Positions 38,283-47,377 of a stretch of DNA of 60,212 nt are shown here, piece after piece. Each line of letters begins with the position of its first letter. Position 1 is the first letter of the stretch. Below the pieces are notes generated by a model. It made no database searches and was not told where the DNA came from. It was given only the letters and a program-made list of their open reading frames with translations. The position numbers were made by a program, and so were the translations under genes. Source of the DNA: Bacteroidales bacterium UBA1215 (GTDB lineage Bacteria; Bacteroidota; Bacteroidia; Bacteroidales; WCHB1-69); the NCBI GenBank assembly GCA_002309475.1, contig DBXJ01000077.1:3471-63682 (forward strand), written 5' to 3'.

Positions 38283-38412
38283 TAAGGATTTTTCTTTATA
38301 TTTCTAAAAAATATTCCCAAGTATTGAGGTGATAGGATTACCCATAATATTAGTTTGCCATAGGTTGTACTTATGAAGATCTTGCAGTGAAAGCAGTGAA
38401 GAAGTTTTAAAG

Positions 38413-38491
38413 GGAATTTCTCATAGGTAAAAAAGGTAATATAAAAGTCGCAGCCTAAAACTGCGACTTTTTCTTGTTTGAGAGAAATTCC
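38413..38491. repeat. Nested inverted repeat: a 10-bp outer arm enclosing a bidirectional terminator hairpin
   Basis: The outer arm GGAATTTCTC (38413-38422) pairs with GAGAAATTCC (38482-38491). The inner element is aaaaGTCGCAGcctaaaaCTGCGACttttt (38443-38472). Confidence 0.7.
38443..38472. terminator. Bidirectional rho-independent terminator between the patatin gene and rseP
   Basis: A 7-bp GC-rich stem flanked by A4 and T5 runs. Confidence 0.65.
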
Positions 38492-38589
38492 TGTCTTCTC
38501 TATGCAAAAATTCATTTATTGATTGAATTTAGGAATTGCTTTATCCTGAAACTCTACAAAATCATTCTATACAGAAAGTTCAAAATGTT

Positions 38590-40053
38590 CTATTTAAACA
38601 ATTTAAAGATATCGTTGCCGATAACAAAAAACATCAGCAGCAAAAGTAATATCATGCCTATAGTTTGAGCATATTGCAGCACAGAATCGGGCACTTTTTT
38701 GCCTGTAAGGAGTTCTATAAAGGTAAACAAGGCATGTCCGCCGTCCAAACCCGGAATCGGCAATACATTCATAAATGCCAATATAACTGACAACAATGCA
38801 GTGATATACCAGAATTTTGCCCAATTCCAAACACCTCCGTATATTTGTGCAATACCGACAGGTCCGGACAAAGAAGTTAATTTTTCTTCACCGGCAAATA
38901 ATTTTTGGAATCCCTTCAAATTCAGCCATAAATTTTTCATAGCATCGCTCCAACCGTAATGCAGACTTTGACCAATGGTATAAGTTTTGGTTTGGTAGGG
39001 CATGCTTGCAATGGCAACGCCCAACATGGCCGAAGAATCAAAAGTTATCAACGAAGACAATGTATCATTGCCATGCAAATACGACACCTCTACCGAGCGA
39101 TTGGCAAATTGTTCTCTATATTCTATCAAAGCACCATAAGACTCGATTACAATTGTATCCAAGCCAATGATAACATCACCTTTTTGTATGCCAGCCTTTT
39201 GGGCTTCGCCTATAGGAAAAACACTATCCACCAATGCCGGAAAATTATAGGGTTGCAAAAACATGCCATTGCTGCTTTTCAACAAATTGTATTCATCGCC
39301 AATAACAATATCTTTTTGTATTCCATCGCGTTCTATGGTGACAATGCTACCGAAATACATTTTTGCAGAAACGGCATCTTGATAACGTTCAAATGTTTTT
39401 CCGTCCACCGAAATAATCTTATCTCCGGTTTGGAATCCTAAATTTCTTGCTTGTTCAAAAGCATATACACCATCGGTAACAGCCTCCAACGGCAAATATT
39501 CTTTTTCGTAATGTCCTAAAACAAAAGCGAATAATAATACACCTACTATCAAATTGACAATCACTCCTGCCAATACTACTATCAAACGTTGCCAAGCAGG
39601 TTTAGACCGATATTCCCAAGGTTGCGGTTCTGATGCCAGATTTTCCACAGACTGCGTTTCGTCTATCATACCTGCTATTTGGCAATAGCCGCCTAATGGT
39701 AACCAACCAATACCATATTCGGTATTTTCCGGATGTTTTCTCCAGTCATCTTCCGGCAACTTGTCTAAATTTATCAATTTAAATTTCTGTTTGCCCTTTT
39801 CATCCAACACCGGTTCTCCGTTTTCGTCAACAACGGGCTCTGTATCCGGCAAATTCTTTGCAAAAAATTTCACTCTCCATTTACCGCCTACTTTTTTAAA
39901 GCAAACAAGCGAAATGCTTGGATTGAAAAACAGATAGAATTTCGGAACTCGTATTTTGAAAGCTTTTGCGGCAAGAAAGTGCCCGCCTTCGTGAACAAAA
40001 ACTAATATTCCCAAGCCCACCAACAATTGGGCTATCATGATTATTGCTGTCAT
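38590..40053 (-). CDS. rseP: RIP (site-2) metalloprotease RseP
   Basis: 487 aa. HEGGHF (HExxH) in the first TM helix, PDZ-like middle region, and the C-terminal NVLPIPGLDGGH motif. Confidence 0.85.
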   Translation of the reverse strand: MTAIIMIAQLLVGLGILVFVHEGGHFLAAKAFKIRVPKFYLFFNPSISLVCFKKVGGKWRVKFFAKNLPDTEPVVDENGEPVLDEKGKQKFKLINLDKLPEDDWRKHPENTEYGIGWLPLGGYCQIAGMIDETQSVENLASEPQPWEYRSKPAWQRLIVVLAGVIVNLIVGVLLFAFVLGHYEKEYLPLEAVTDGVYAFEQARNLGFQTGDKIISVDGKTFERYQDAVSAKMYFGSIVTIERDGIQKDIVIGDEYNLLKSSNGMFLQPYNFPALVDSVFPIGEAQKAGIQKGDVIIGLDTIVIESYGALIEYREQFANRSVEVSYLHGNDTLSSLITFDSSAMLGVAIASMPYQTKTYTIGQSLHYGWSDAMKNLWLNLKGFQKLFAGEEKLTSLSGPVGIAQIYGGVWNWAKFWYITALLSVILAFMNVLPIPGLDGGHALFTFIELLTGKKVPDSVLQYAQTIGMILLLLLMFFVIGNDIFKLFK

Positions 40054-40054
40054 C

Positions 40055-41218
40055 TTATCGTTTTATTTTCTCTATGATTTCTTTGGCTCGTACCCTTGAT
40101 AACGCATCGGTCTGCAAAAAATTGTGCATATTGGCTTCTGCCACATAGTCCACCTTTTGCAAGGTTTCTGCTATCACATCACTTATCTGCAAAAATCCGA
40201 TTTCACCTTTCAAAAATGCCATCACAGCTATTTCGTTGGCGGCATTCATCACACATGGCATATTGCCACCTTTTGCTATCACTTGATAAGCGATGTCGAT
40301 ACAAGAAAATGTTTCTCTATCGGGAGCATAAAATGTCAATGTGGAACAAGTGGTTAAATCGAATTTCGGATAATCGGTTTCCAAACGTTGTGGAAACGAT
40401 AAAGCATATTGTATCGGCAAACGCATATCCGGCAATGCCATTTGTGCTTTTACCGAGCCATCGGCAAAATGTACCAAAGAATGAACTATACTTTGCGGAT
40501 GCACCACTATTTCTATTTCCTTAGGTTGTAAATTAAAAAGCCATTTTGCCTCTATCATCTCCAAACCCTTATTCATCATGGTGGCGGAATCAATAGTTAC
40601 CTTGCTGCCCATTGACCAGTTGGGATGTTTCAATGCCTGCTGTGGCAATACATGTTGCAATTCCTCGCGTTTTTTGCCGAAAAACGGTCCGCCGGAAGCT
40701 GTCAAGGTTATCTTTTCTATCGGATTGACCCACTCGCCCACTAAACATTGAAAAATGGCGGAATGTTCGGAATCTACCGGTAGCAAAGGAATGTTTTTGT
40801 TGTGTACCAAAGGCATAATCATGGCACCGCCGACTACCAAAGTTTCCTTATTGGCCAATGCCACCGTCTTGCCGGCCTGCAAAGCTCTATATGTCGGCTC
40901 CAAGCCGGCAAAACCTACCAATGCCACCAACACCATGTCTATAGTGGACATTTCTACAATATCCAACAAAGAACTTCTGCCGGCAAACACTTTTATATCT
41001 TCATCTTTTAGGGCTTCATTCACTTGTTGATAGCAAGCATCTTCTACAATAACTACCGCATTGGGTTTGAATTGTTTAGATTGCCGTATCAACAAGTCTG
41101 CATTTCGGTTGGCTGTAAGCACTTCCACCTCAAACTGATCTAAATGACAAGATATGACATCCAAGGCTTGTGTGCCGATACTTCCTGTTGACCCTAAAAT
41201 GGCTATACGCTTCTTCAT
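40055..41218 (-). CDS. dxr: 1-deoxy-D-xylulose-5-phosphate reductoisomerase
   Basis: 387 aa. ILGSTGSIG, LANKETLV, PVDSEHSAIFQC and HPNWSMG. Confidence 0.92.
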   Translation of the reverse strand: MKKRIAILGSTGSIGTQALDVISCHLDQFEVEVLTANRNADLLIRQSKQFKPNAVVIVEDACYQQVNEALKDEDIKVFAGRSSLLDIVEMSTIDMVLVALVGFAGLEPTYRALQAGKTVALANKETLVVGGAMIMPLVHNKNIPLLPVDSEHSAIFQCLVGEWVNPIEKITLTASGGPFFGKKREELQHVLPQQALKHPNWSMGSKVTIDSATMMNKGLEMIEAKWLFNLQPKEIEIVVHPQSIVHSLVHFADGSVKAQMALPDMRLPIQYALSFPQRLETDYPKFDLTTCSTLTFYAPDRETFSCIDIAYQVIAKGGNMPCVMNAANEIAVMAFLKGEIGFLQISDVIAETLQKVDYVAEANMHNFLQTDALSRVRAKEIIEKIKR

Positions 41219-41238
41219 TTACTCTTATTAAGAAAATG

Positions 41239-41246
41239 CAAAGTTA
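41239..41246 (-). promoter_or_regulatory. -7 box (TAacTTTG, minus) for dxr-rseP
   Basis: Plus strand caaagtta, ~20 nt upstream of ATG 41218. Confidence 0.45.
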
Positions 41247-41336
41247 ACACTTTTTTGCTGATTTTTCACCCATTCCAAAAATCCGCAAAAGATAATGATT
41301 ATCAATCAGATATATTACAAAAGATTGATTTGTATT

Positions 41337-43865
41337 CTATTCTTCACTGCCGACTCCTTGAACATTTTTCTCCATTTCCAACTTGCCAAAGCGGAAGGTG
41401 ACACCTGCACTGATATAACGGCTGTTGGTCTTGTTAGACGACCAAGACTCATAGTAAGGACTGGTAGTAATATTAGATGACTTGTTCCAGTTGAAAATAT
41501 CTTGAACATTTAAATATACAGAAATCCTTTTCTTCCAAAATGTTGCTCGCAAACCGGCATTGATACTGTAATTGGGTTTGGTTTCGGCAAACAACGATTG
41601 CGAAGCCGAACGATAATTCGCCGAAGCGTGAATTTCCAGTACATTCCATACTTTTGTCCACAAATTGATTCTAAAACTATAAGTGAATTTATGTCTGACA
41701 CTATTCTTGTTTGCATCTTTAGAATCGGAATAGTTGATATAGGAATCATATATATTGGCATAAAATCGCAGATTTAAAAATCCTTTGGGACGATAAGTAA
41801 CATTGAATTCACCTCCTGTATTGAACGATTTTCCCACATTCACCGGCATGGTGTAGCGTACATATCTGCCAAAAACATCACTATATGCCACATCTGTCAA
41901 AGTGTTGATATCTCTATGAGAATTGCGGTGATAGACGGTGATACCCAAAGAACCGAATTTTTCAAAATATTTCATCCAATTGAATTCAAAAGAATTGGTG
42001 GCCACCGATGCCAACAAGGAATTTCCTATGGAATAGTCATCTTCGCCATAGTCAATATATTCCGATAGTTGTGTGTTGCTCGGATTTCGCAGTCGCCTTG
42101 TATAACTCAAATTAAAATTGTGCATCGATTTGGTACGATACGACAAATGCACCGACGGCTTCAAATTGAAAAACGTAGTAGAAACTTTACTTTCCGGATG
42201 TCCTGCCACTTGATAGAAAATATGTGACACCTCTCCCCGTAAGCCGAATTTCATGGTGAAATTGCCGAATTTCTGCCTTAAGGTTACATAAGCATCATAA
42301 TCCTGACTTCTATTCATAGCATCTTGGAATCGCAAAGAGTCAATATTTCTAACATCCGTTCCGAATACCAAAGTATCAGGACTGCTTAAACTACTGCCCC
42401 AGTTGACTGCACCACTTAGTCCTACACTTATTTCTCCATTTTTTGAATAAGGAATTGAATAGTCAACATCGGCATTTAAATCATAACTTTTAGAACTACC
42501 TCGGGTGGATTTGTCTTTTGACAAATCAGTTCCCAAAATATATTTTCTTACATAATCCGAAGAGGAAGCATTATTGGTGATATTTCCATTCAACGATACC
42601 ATGATATTGTGCCCTTGATTATTGAACAAATGTGTATACCAAGTTCCAAAGCCCACCCAGACACCTTTACTGCCGGAATTTCTGTCGGTGGTATAAAAAT
42701 TGTCTTCGTTTAAAAAATATTCCCTACGCAACCTTTGCTCTAAGGAGGAAGACTTACCGCCACTTAACATACTCATCATCCAAAAACTTAAGCTATTCAA
42801 CGAATCGGGAGAATAGTGCATATTGAGACTGATATTGCCCGACCAATTTTTGTTTCTTCCTTCAGAGGTATATCTTTGAAAAGTGCTTGTATCTAACTGG
42901 TCAGTAGTGTCATTGGCGACAAAAGAGGTGGAATAGCCGCTGTTATGATTTTTATTACTAGAATAGGAACCGGAAATCCACGAACTGATAGACCATTTCT
43001 CGTTGGCCCATACAAATGAAGCATGTGGTGAAATTCTCGGCTGTGAACTGCCATTGAGACCAAAACTATAAAATACATTCTTCTTTATTTTCGCATTGGT
43101 AACAATGTTGATAATGCCGCCATCGGTTTTGGTAGCATATTTTGCAGATGGATTGGTGATGACTTCTATTCGTTCCAAGGTATTGGCAGGCAATTGCTGG
43201 ATATAGTTTTTCAAACTTTCTGCTGTCAATCGGGATGGCTTGTCATTAATCCAAATATCTACACTTGACACCCCTCGCAAGGTGACATTACCTTCCACAT
43301 CCACTTCTACTCCGGGCGTATTCTGCAAAGCATCGGAGGTGGTGCCGGTTTGGATGGAGGGGTCTTCACTTACGTTGTACATAATTTTTTCATCTTCCAT
43401 AGAATAGATAGGTCTTGTAGCTGTCACTTCCACTCCGTTAAGCATAGCTGCCCCTTGTTGCAAATACAATTTTCCCATATCCACTGACGAAGAATCTATA
43501 TCTATAGGCTCGTACAACGTTTGATAGCCGATTGCCGATGCCCGCAAAAGATATTTACCGGGAACCACACCTTGCAGAACAAATACGCCACTGTCATCCG
43601 AAGACACTCCTTTGACAAAAAGACTGTCTTCTGCTTGCAATAAAGCTACATTGACATAAAACAAGGTCTCTTTAGTCGTTTTGTCTATCAAGGTACCGGT
43701 AATGCTATAGGTTTTTCCTTTGTATGTTTTTTGAGTTGTTTGTTGCATATTGGGACGATCTCCCATAGGTCTGCCTCCTCCCGGACCAAAACCACCTCCC
43801 GGGAATTGTGCCATAGCTGCACCCATCATCATGGACAATAAAAAATATATTACAACTCTTTTCAT
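41337..43865 (-). CDS. Outer-membrane beta-barrel/TonB-dependent-receptor-like protein with an N-terminal carboxypeptidase-regulatory-like domain
   Basis: I start at the internal Met (MKRVVIYFLLSMMMGAAMAQ signal peptide). Gly/Pro-rich linker, a GTLIDKTTKETLFYVNVAL... CarboxypepD_reg-like domain, a plug-like region (TPGVEVDVEGNVTLRG) and a long barrel. Confidence 0.7.
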   Translation of the reverse strand: MKRVVIYFLLSMMMGAAMAQFPGGGFGPGGGRPMGDRPNMQQTTQKTYKGKTYSITGTLIDKTTKETLFYVNVALLQAEDSLFVKGVSSDDSGVFVLQGVVPGKYLLRASAIGYQTLYEPIDIDSSSVDMGKLYLQQGAAMLNGVEVTATRPIYSMEDEKIMYNVSEDPSIQTGTTSDALQNTPGVEVDVEGNVTLRGVSSVDIWINDKPSRLTAESLKNYIQQLPANTLERIEVITNPSAKYATKTDGGIINIVTNAKIKKNVFYSFGLNGSSQPRISPHASFVWANEKWSISSWISGSYSSNKNHNSGYSTSFVANDTTDQLDTSTFQRYTSEGRNKNWSGNISLNMHYSPDSLNSLSFWMMSMLSGGKSSSLEQRLRREYFLNEDNFYTTDRNSGSKGVWVGFGTWYTHLFNNQGHNIMVSLNGNITNNASSSDYVRKYILGTDLSKDKSTRGSSKSYDLNADVDYSIPYSKNGEISVGLSGAVNWGSSLSSPDTLVFGTDVRNIDSLRFQDAMNRSQDYDAYVTLRQKFGNFTMKFGLRGEVSHIFYQVAGHPESKVSTTFFNLKPSVHLSYRTKSMHNFNLSYTRRLRNPSNTQLSEYIDYGEDDYSIGNSLLASVATNSFEFNWMKYFEKFGSLGITVYHRNSHRDINTLTDVAYSDVFGRYVRYTMPVNVGKSFNTGGEFNVTYRPKGFLNLRFYANIYDSYINYSDSKDANKNSVRHKFTYSFRINLWTKVWNVLEIHASANYRSASQSLFAETKPNYSINAGLRATFWKKRISVYLNVQDIFNWNKSSNITTSPYYESWSSNKTNSRYISAGVTFRFGKLEMEKNVQGVGSEE

Positions 43866-43910
43866 GTTTACTTCTTTTTTTATCAAATTAACAATTTAAA
43901 CCGTTCTACG

Positions 43911-43918
43911 CAAATATA
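43911..43918 (-). promoter_or_regulatory. -7 box (TAtaTTTG, minus) for the OM barrel gene
   Basis: Plus strand caaatata, ~45 nt upstream of ATG 43865. Confidence 0.4.
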
Positions 43919-44157
43919 CCTATCAATTACCTTAAAAAAGATTTGCAAAGTTATAAAAAAAATTACAATTAATTTCACTTTTGTCGCTTTTTATGATTCT
44001 TTCTTTTTGTTTACTCATTTCTTTCCAAATGATTTATAGCATATATCATGCCATCATTTTTAACATAACCATTATTTCTGTTTCTCTATATAATGCCACC
44101 ATTTTTCTAAGTAAAAAAAAGTACTATAAAATTACCTTCATTTTAGGAAAAAAATGG

Positions 44158-44165
44158 TAATTTTG
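44158..44165 (+). promoter_or_regulatory. -7 box (TAatTTTG) for the OadA-family gene
   Basis: ggtaattttgcag, ~21 nt upstream of ATG 44187. Confidence 0.45.
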
Positions 44166-44186
44166 CAGATTATTTTTTTTTGAAAA

Positions 44187-45962
44187 ATGGGTAGAGAAAT
44201 TAAATTCAGTTTAGTATATAGAGACATGTGGCAATCTTCAGGTAAATATCAGCCACGTGTTGACCAACTTGTAAAAATTGCTCCGGTTATTATTGACATG
44301 GGATGCTTTGCTCGTGTAGAAACCAACGGAGGTGCTTTTGAACAAGTAAATCTATTATATGGTGAAAATCCTAATAAAGCAGTACGCGAATGGGTAAAAC
44401 CTTTTAACAAAGCCGGCATCCAAACACACATGTTGGAGCGTGCTTTGAACGGCATACGTATGTATCCTGTTCCGGCAGACGTACGCCAATTGATGGCAAA
44501 AGTAAAGAAAGCCCAAGGCGTTGACATCATGCGTTCTTTTTGCGGTTTGAACGACCATAGAAATCTCGAATTATCCGTTAAATATGCAAAGGAAGCCGGC
44601 ATGATATCGCAAGCGGCACTAAGTATCACTCATTCTCCTATCCATACAGTGGAATACTATATGGGTGTGGTGGACAAATTGGTGGAATATGGTGCGGACG
44701 AAATTTGCTTAAAAGATATGGCGGGTGTTGGCCGTCCTGTTACATTAGGCAAATTGGTAAAATGTATCAAAGACAAATATCCTCATATAGCCGTTCAATA
44801 TCACGGACATTCCGGTCCCGGATTCTCTGTCGCCTCCATGTTGGAAGTGGCACGTGCCGGTGCCGATTACATTGATGTAGCCATGGAACCACTTTCTTGG
44901 GGTATGGTTCATCCGGATATTATCACTATTCGTGCCATGTTGAAAGATGCGGGTTTTACGGTTCCTGATATCAATATGGACGCTTACATGGAAGCACGCA
45001 GATTGAACCAATCGTTTATGGACGATTTTTTGGGAGAATTTATCAACCCGAGAAACAAAATTATGACCTCTTTGTTGGTCGGATGCGGTCTCCCGGGTGG
45101 AATGATGGGGTCTATGATGTCGGATTTGAAAGACATGCACGCCGCCATCAATGCTGCATACCGCAAACATGGTCATCCTGAAGTAACTCTTGACAATCTT
45201 TTGGTGCAATTATTCCAAGAAGTGGAACACATTTGGCCTATGTTAGGCAATCCTCCTTTGGTAACACCTTTCAGCCAATATGTTAAAAATATTGCATTGA
45301 TGAATATCTTTTCACTGGCAAACGGCGAGCCGCGATTCTCTCGTATTGACAAGGATAGTTGGAATATGATTTTAGGAAAAACCGGAAAACTTCCCGGCAC
45401 GCTTGCTCCCGAAATCATTGCTTTGGCAAAAGAGAAAAATTTGGAATTCTACACCGGCACTCCTCACGATATGGTTGAAAACCAATTGGATGTATATCGA
45501 AAAGAGATGGATGAGAATGGTTGGGACTATGGTCAGGATGATGAAGAATTGTTTGAATTGGCCATGCACGACCGTCAATATAGGGATTACAAATCCGGCA
45601 TTGCCAAAAAACGTTTTGAAGAAGATTTGGCAAAATTACGTGCCGAAAAGGCTGCTGCCTTGGCACCTGTTTCCAAAGAAAAACAAATGGAACGTACTTT
45701 GGCATACATTTCCGACAAATATCCTAATGCCACTCCGGTGATTGCCCCTGTAAGCGGAACACTCGTTTGGGAAGCCGACTTCACCGACAAGTCGGTGGCA
45801 CCACAACCGGGAACAAGCTACAAAAAAGGCGACCATATAGCTTCTATTGAGGCATTCTATGGTTTGGAAGATGTAGTGGCTCCTGTTGACGGAACCCTTG
45901 TTGACACTTGTATCGAACAAGGCACCAAAGTAGAAAAAGGCGAAATTATCGCATGGATATAA
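44187..45962 (+). CDS. Pyruvate-carboxyltransferase-domain protein (oxaloacetate decarboxylase alpha / pyruvate carboxylase subunit B / transcarboxylase 5S family) with a lysine-less biotinyl-like C-terminal domain
   Basis: 591 aa. The RD..QS-type N-terminal motif (YRDMWQSS), LKDMAGV (carbamylated-Lys motif) and YHGHSG (HxH metal ligands) are present. The C-terminal hairpin reads SIEAFYGLEDVVAP where EAMKM is expected. Confidence 0.7.
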   Translation: MGREIKFSLVYRDMWQSSGKYQPRVDQLVKIAPVIIDMGCFARVETNGGAFEQVNLLYGENPNKAVREWVKPFNKAGIQTHMLERALNGIRMYPVPADVRQLMAKVKKAQGVDIMRSFCGLNDHRNLELSVKYAKEAGMISQAALSITHSPIHTVEYYMGVVDKLVEYGADEICLKDMAGVGRPVTLGKLVKCIKDKYPHIAVQYHGHSGPGFSVASMLEVARAGADYIDVAMEPLSWGMVHPDIITIRAMLKDAGFTVPDINMDAYMEARRLNQSFMDDFLGEFINPRNKIMTSLLVGCGLPGGMMGSMMSDLKDMHAAINAAYRKHGHPEVTLDNLLVQLFQEVEHIWPMLGNPPLVTPFSQYVKNIALMNIFSLANGEPRFSRIDKDSWNMILGKTGKLPGTLAPEIIALAKEKNLEFYTGTPHDMVENQLDVYRKEMDENGWDYGQDDEELFELAMHDRQYRDYKSGIAKKRFEEDLAKLRAEKAAALAPVSKEKQMERTLAYISDKYPNATPVIAPVSGTLVWEADFTDKSVAPQPGTSYKKGDHIASIEAFYGLEDVVAPVDGTLVDTCIEQGTKVEKGEIIAWI

Positions 45963-46034
45963 ACGTTTTATCTATCTGCAAAAGCACATTTGGAGCCTTT
46001 TGCAAATTATAAAACCCATTATTGATAAGCATGT

Positions 46035-46042
46035 TATCTTTG
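46035..46042 (+). promoter_or_regulatory. -7 box (TAtcTTTG) only 4 nt upstream of the rsmA ATG
   Basis: gttatctttgcaaaATG. The spacing implies a leaderless or near-leaderless mRNA. Confidence 0.4.
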
Positions 46043-46046
46043 CAAA

Positions 46047-46826
46047 ATGATAGACAACGTTAGAGCAAAGAAAAATTTAGGACAACATTTTTTGGTTGAC
46101 ACATCCATTGCCCACAATATTGTCAATAGTTTGTCGGGCGACTACTTGGATGTTTTGGAAGTGGGTCCCGGCATGGGTGCCTTGACAAGCATTTTATTGG
46201 AAAACGATGTCTATCGCCTGCATGTGGTGGAAATTGACCAAGAGTCAGTTGCCTACTTGGAGCAACACCTGCCGCAACTCCGCGGCAGAATTTGGCAAGA
46301 AAACTTTTTGAAAATGGATTTTGACAAAATTTTTTCGCAGCCATTTTCCATCATCGGCAATTTTCCCTACAATATCTCCTCACAAATTCTCTTCAAAATT
46401 CTTGATGAGAAAGACAAAGTGCCGGAAGTGGTCGGCATGTTTCAAAAAGAAGTGGCAGAACGCATTGCCTCTGCCGCCGGGAATAAATCGTATGGAATTT
46501 TAAGTGTACTTCTGCAGGCATTCTACGATATTGAATATTTATTCACTGTCAACGAAAATGCTTTCAATCCGCCTCCCAAAGTAAAATCGGCAGTGATACG
46601 ACTCAAACGCAATCAAGTGCAACATCTCGACTGCGATGAAAAAATATTTAAACAAATTGTCAAAACCGCCTTCAATCAAAGAAGAAAAATGCTACGCAAT
46701 TCTTTGAAAAACATTTGTTTTGAAGAAGACTTTACAAAAAAAAGAATCTTCGACCAAAGACCGGAGACTCTTTCTGTTGCTGATTTTATCTATATTACGC
46801 AGCACGTAACAGACCCATCCTTATAA
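46047..46826 (+). CDS. rsmA: 16S rRNA (adenine1518/1519-N6)-dimethyltransferase
   Basis: 259 aa. LGQHFL, VLEVGPGMGALT and GNFPYNISS. Confidence 0.9.
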   Translation: MIDNVRAKKNLGQHFLVDTSIAHNIVNSLSGDYLDVLEVGPGMGALTSILLENDVYRLHVVEIDQESVAYLEQHLPQLRGRIWQENFLKMDFDKIFSQPFSIIGNFPYNISSQILFKILDEKDKVPEVVGMFQKEVAERIASAAGNKSYGILSVLLQAFYDIEYLFTVNENAFNPPPKVKSAVIRLKRNQVQHLDCDEKIFKQIVKTAFNQRRKMLRNSLKNICFEEDFTKKRIFDQRPETLSVADFIYITQHVTDPSL

Positions 46827-46830
46827 TATC

Positions 46831-47367
46831 TTATTCGCTAATGGAATAATCTTGGCATTCTATATAATAGAATGTTAATGGTTGACCGCCATTTTGTGCT
46901 ATTTGTTCTCTATAGGCTTTTATTTGTTGCAATTGCGGATTTTCTTCCGAATTGATATCCACACCTTGCTGTTCGGTAACACAAATATGTCCTTCTTGCG
47001 TGGTGTCTTGCAAAACTTGTTGTTCCCACTGATTTAAATAATCTTCATCCACTACCAACATCACTTTTACAATTCCGTTAATAGTGTAATGTTTGTCAAT
47101 GGTTTCTTTGTCAAAAGGTGCATTGCCGTCTTTGGTGAAAACTGTTATGGTTTCCTCAGAAGAGTCACTGCCTAACATTAATTTTCTGCCACTTACCGCA
47201 CAAATATGTTTGGCTACTCCTTGCACATTAATGGTGGAATCTACTAATTGTCCCATGATGGATGACAATTCGTCCACGGTGTAAATTTTCGGCTCATTTT
47301 CTTTATTGGCACATGCTGCCAACAAACCAAGAGCTACTACTGCAATAAATACTTTAAAATTCTTCAT
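46831..47367 (-). CDS. Hypothetical lipoprotein
   Basis: I start at the internal Met (MKNFKVFIAVVALGLLAACANK, lipobox LAAC). It lies immediately downstream of nadB on the same strand. Confidence 0.55.
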   Translation of the reverse strand: MKNFKVFIAVVALGLLAACANKENEPKIYTVDELSSIMGQLVDSTINVQGVAKHICAVSGRKLMLGSDSSEETITVFTKDGNAPFDKETIDKHYTINGIVKVMLVVDEDYLNQWEQQVLQDTTQEGHICVTEQQGVDINSEENPQLQQIKAYREQIAQNGGQPLTFYYIECQDYSISE

Positions 47368-47377
47368 GTGTTTGTTT

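Noticed and set aside
38279-38668. Track ORFs 38279-38515 (-) and 38474-38668 (+) in the patatin/rseP convergent spacer.
   Set aside because: Both read through the bidirectional terminator hairpin. The second overlaps the rseP 3' end. Neither has a recognisable motif.
43866-44186. Riboswitch or other leader element in the 321-nt divergent region between the OM barrel gene and the OadA-family gene; similarly upstream of nadB, MATE and tdh.
   Set aside because: I found only -7 boxes and AT-rich sequence with a short imperfect direct repeat (atgccatcattttt / atgccaccattttt). I could recognise no conserved riboswitch core such as B12, TPP or SAM.
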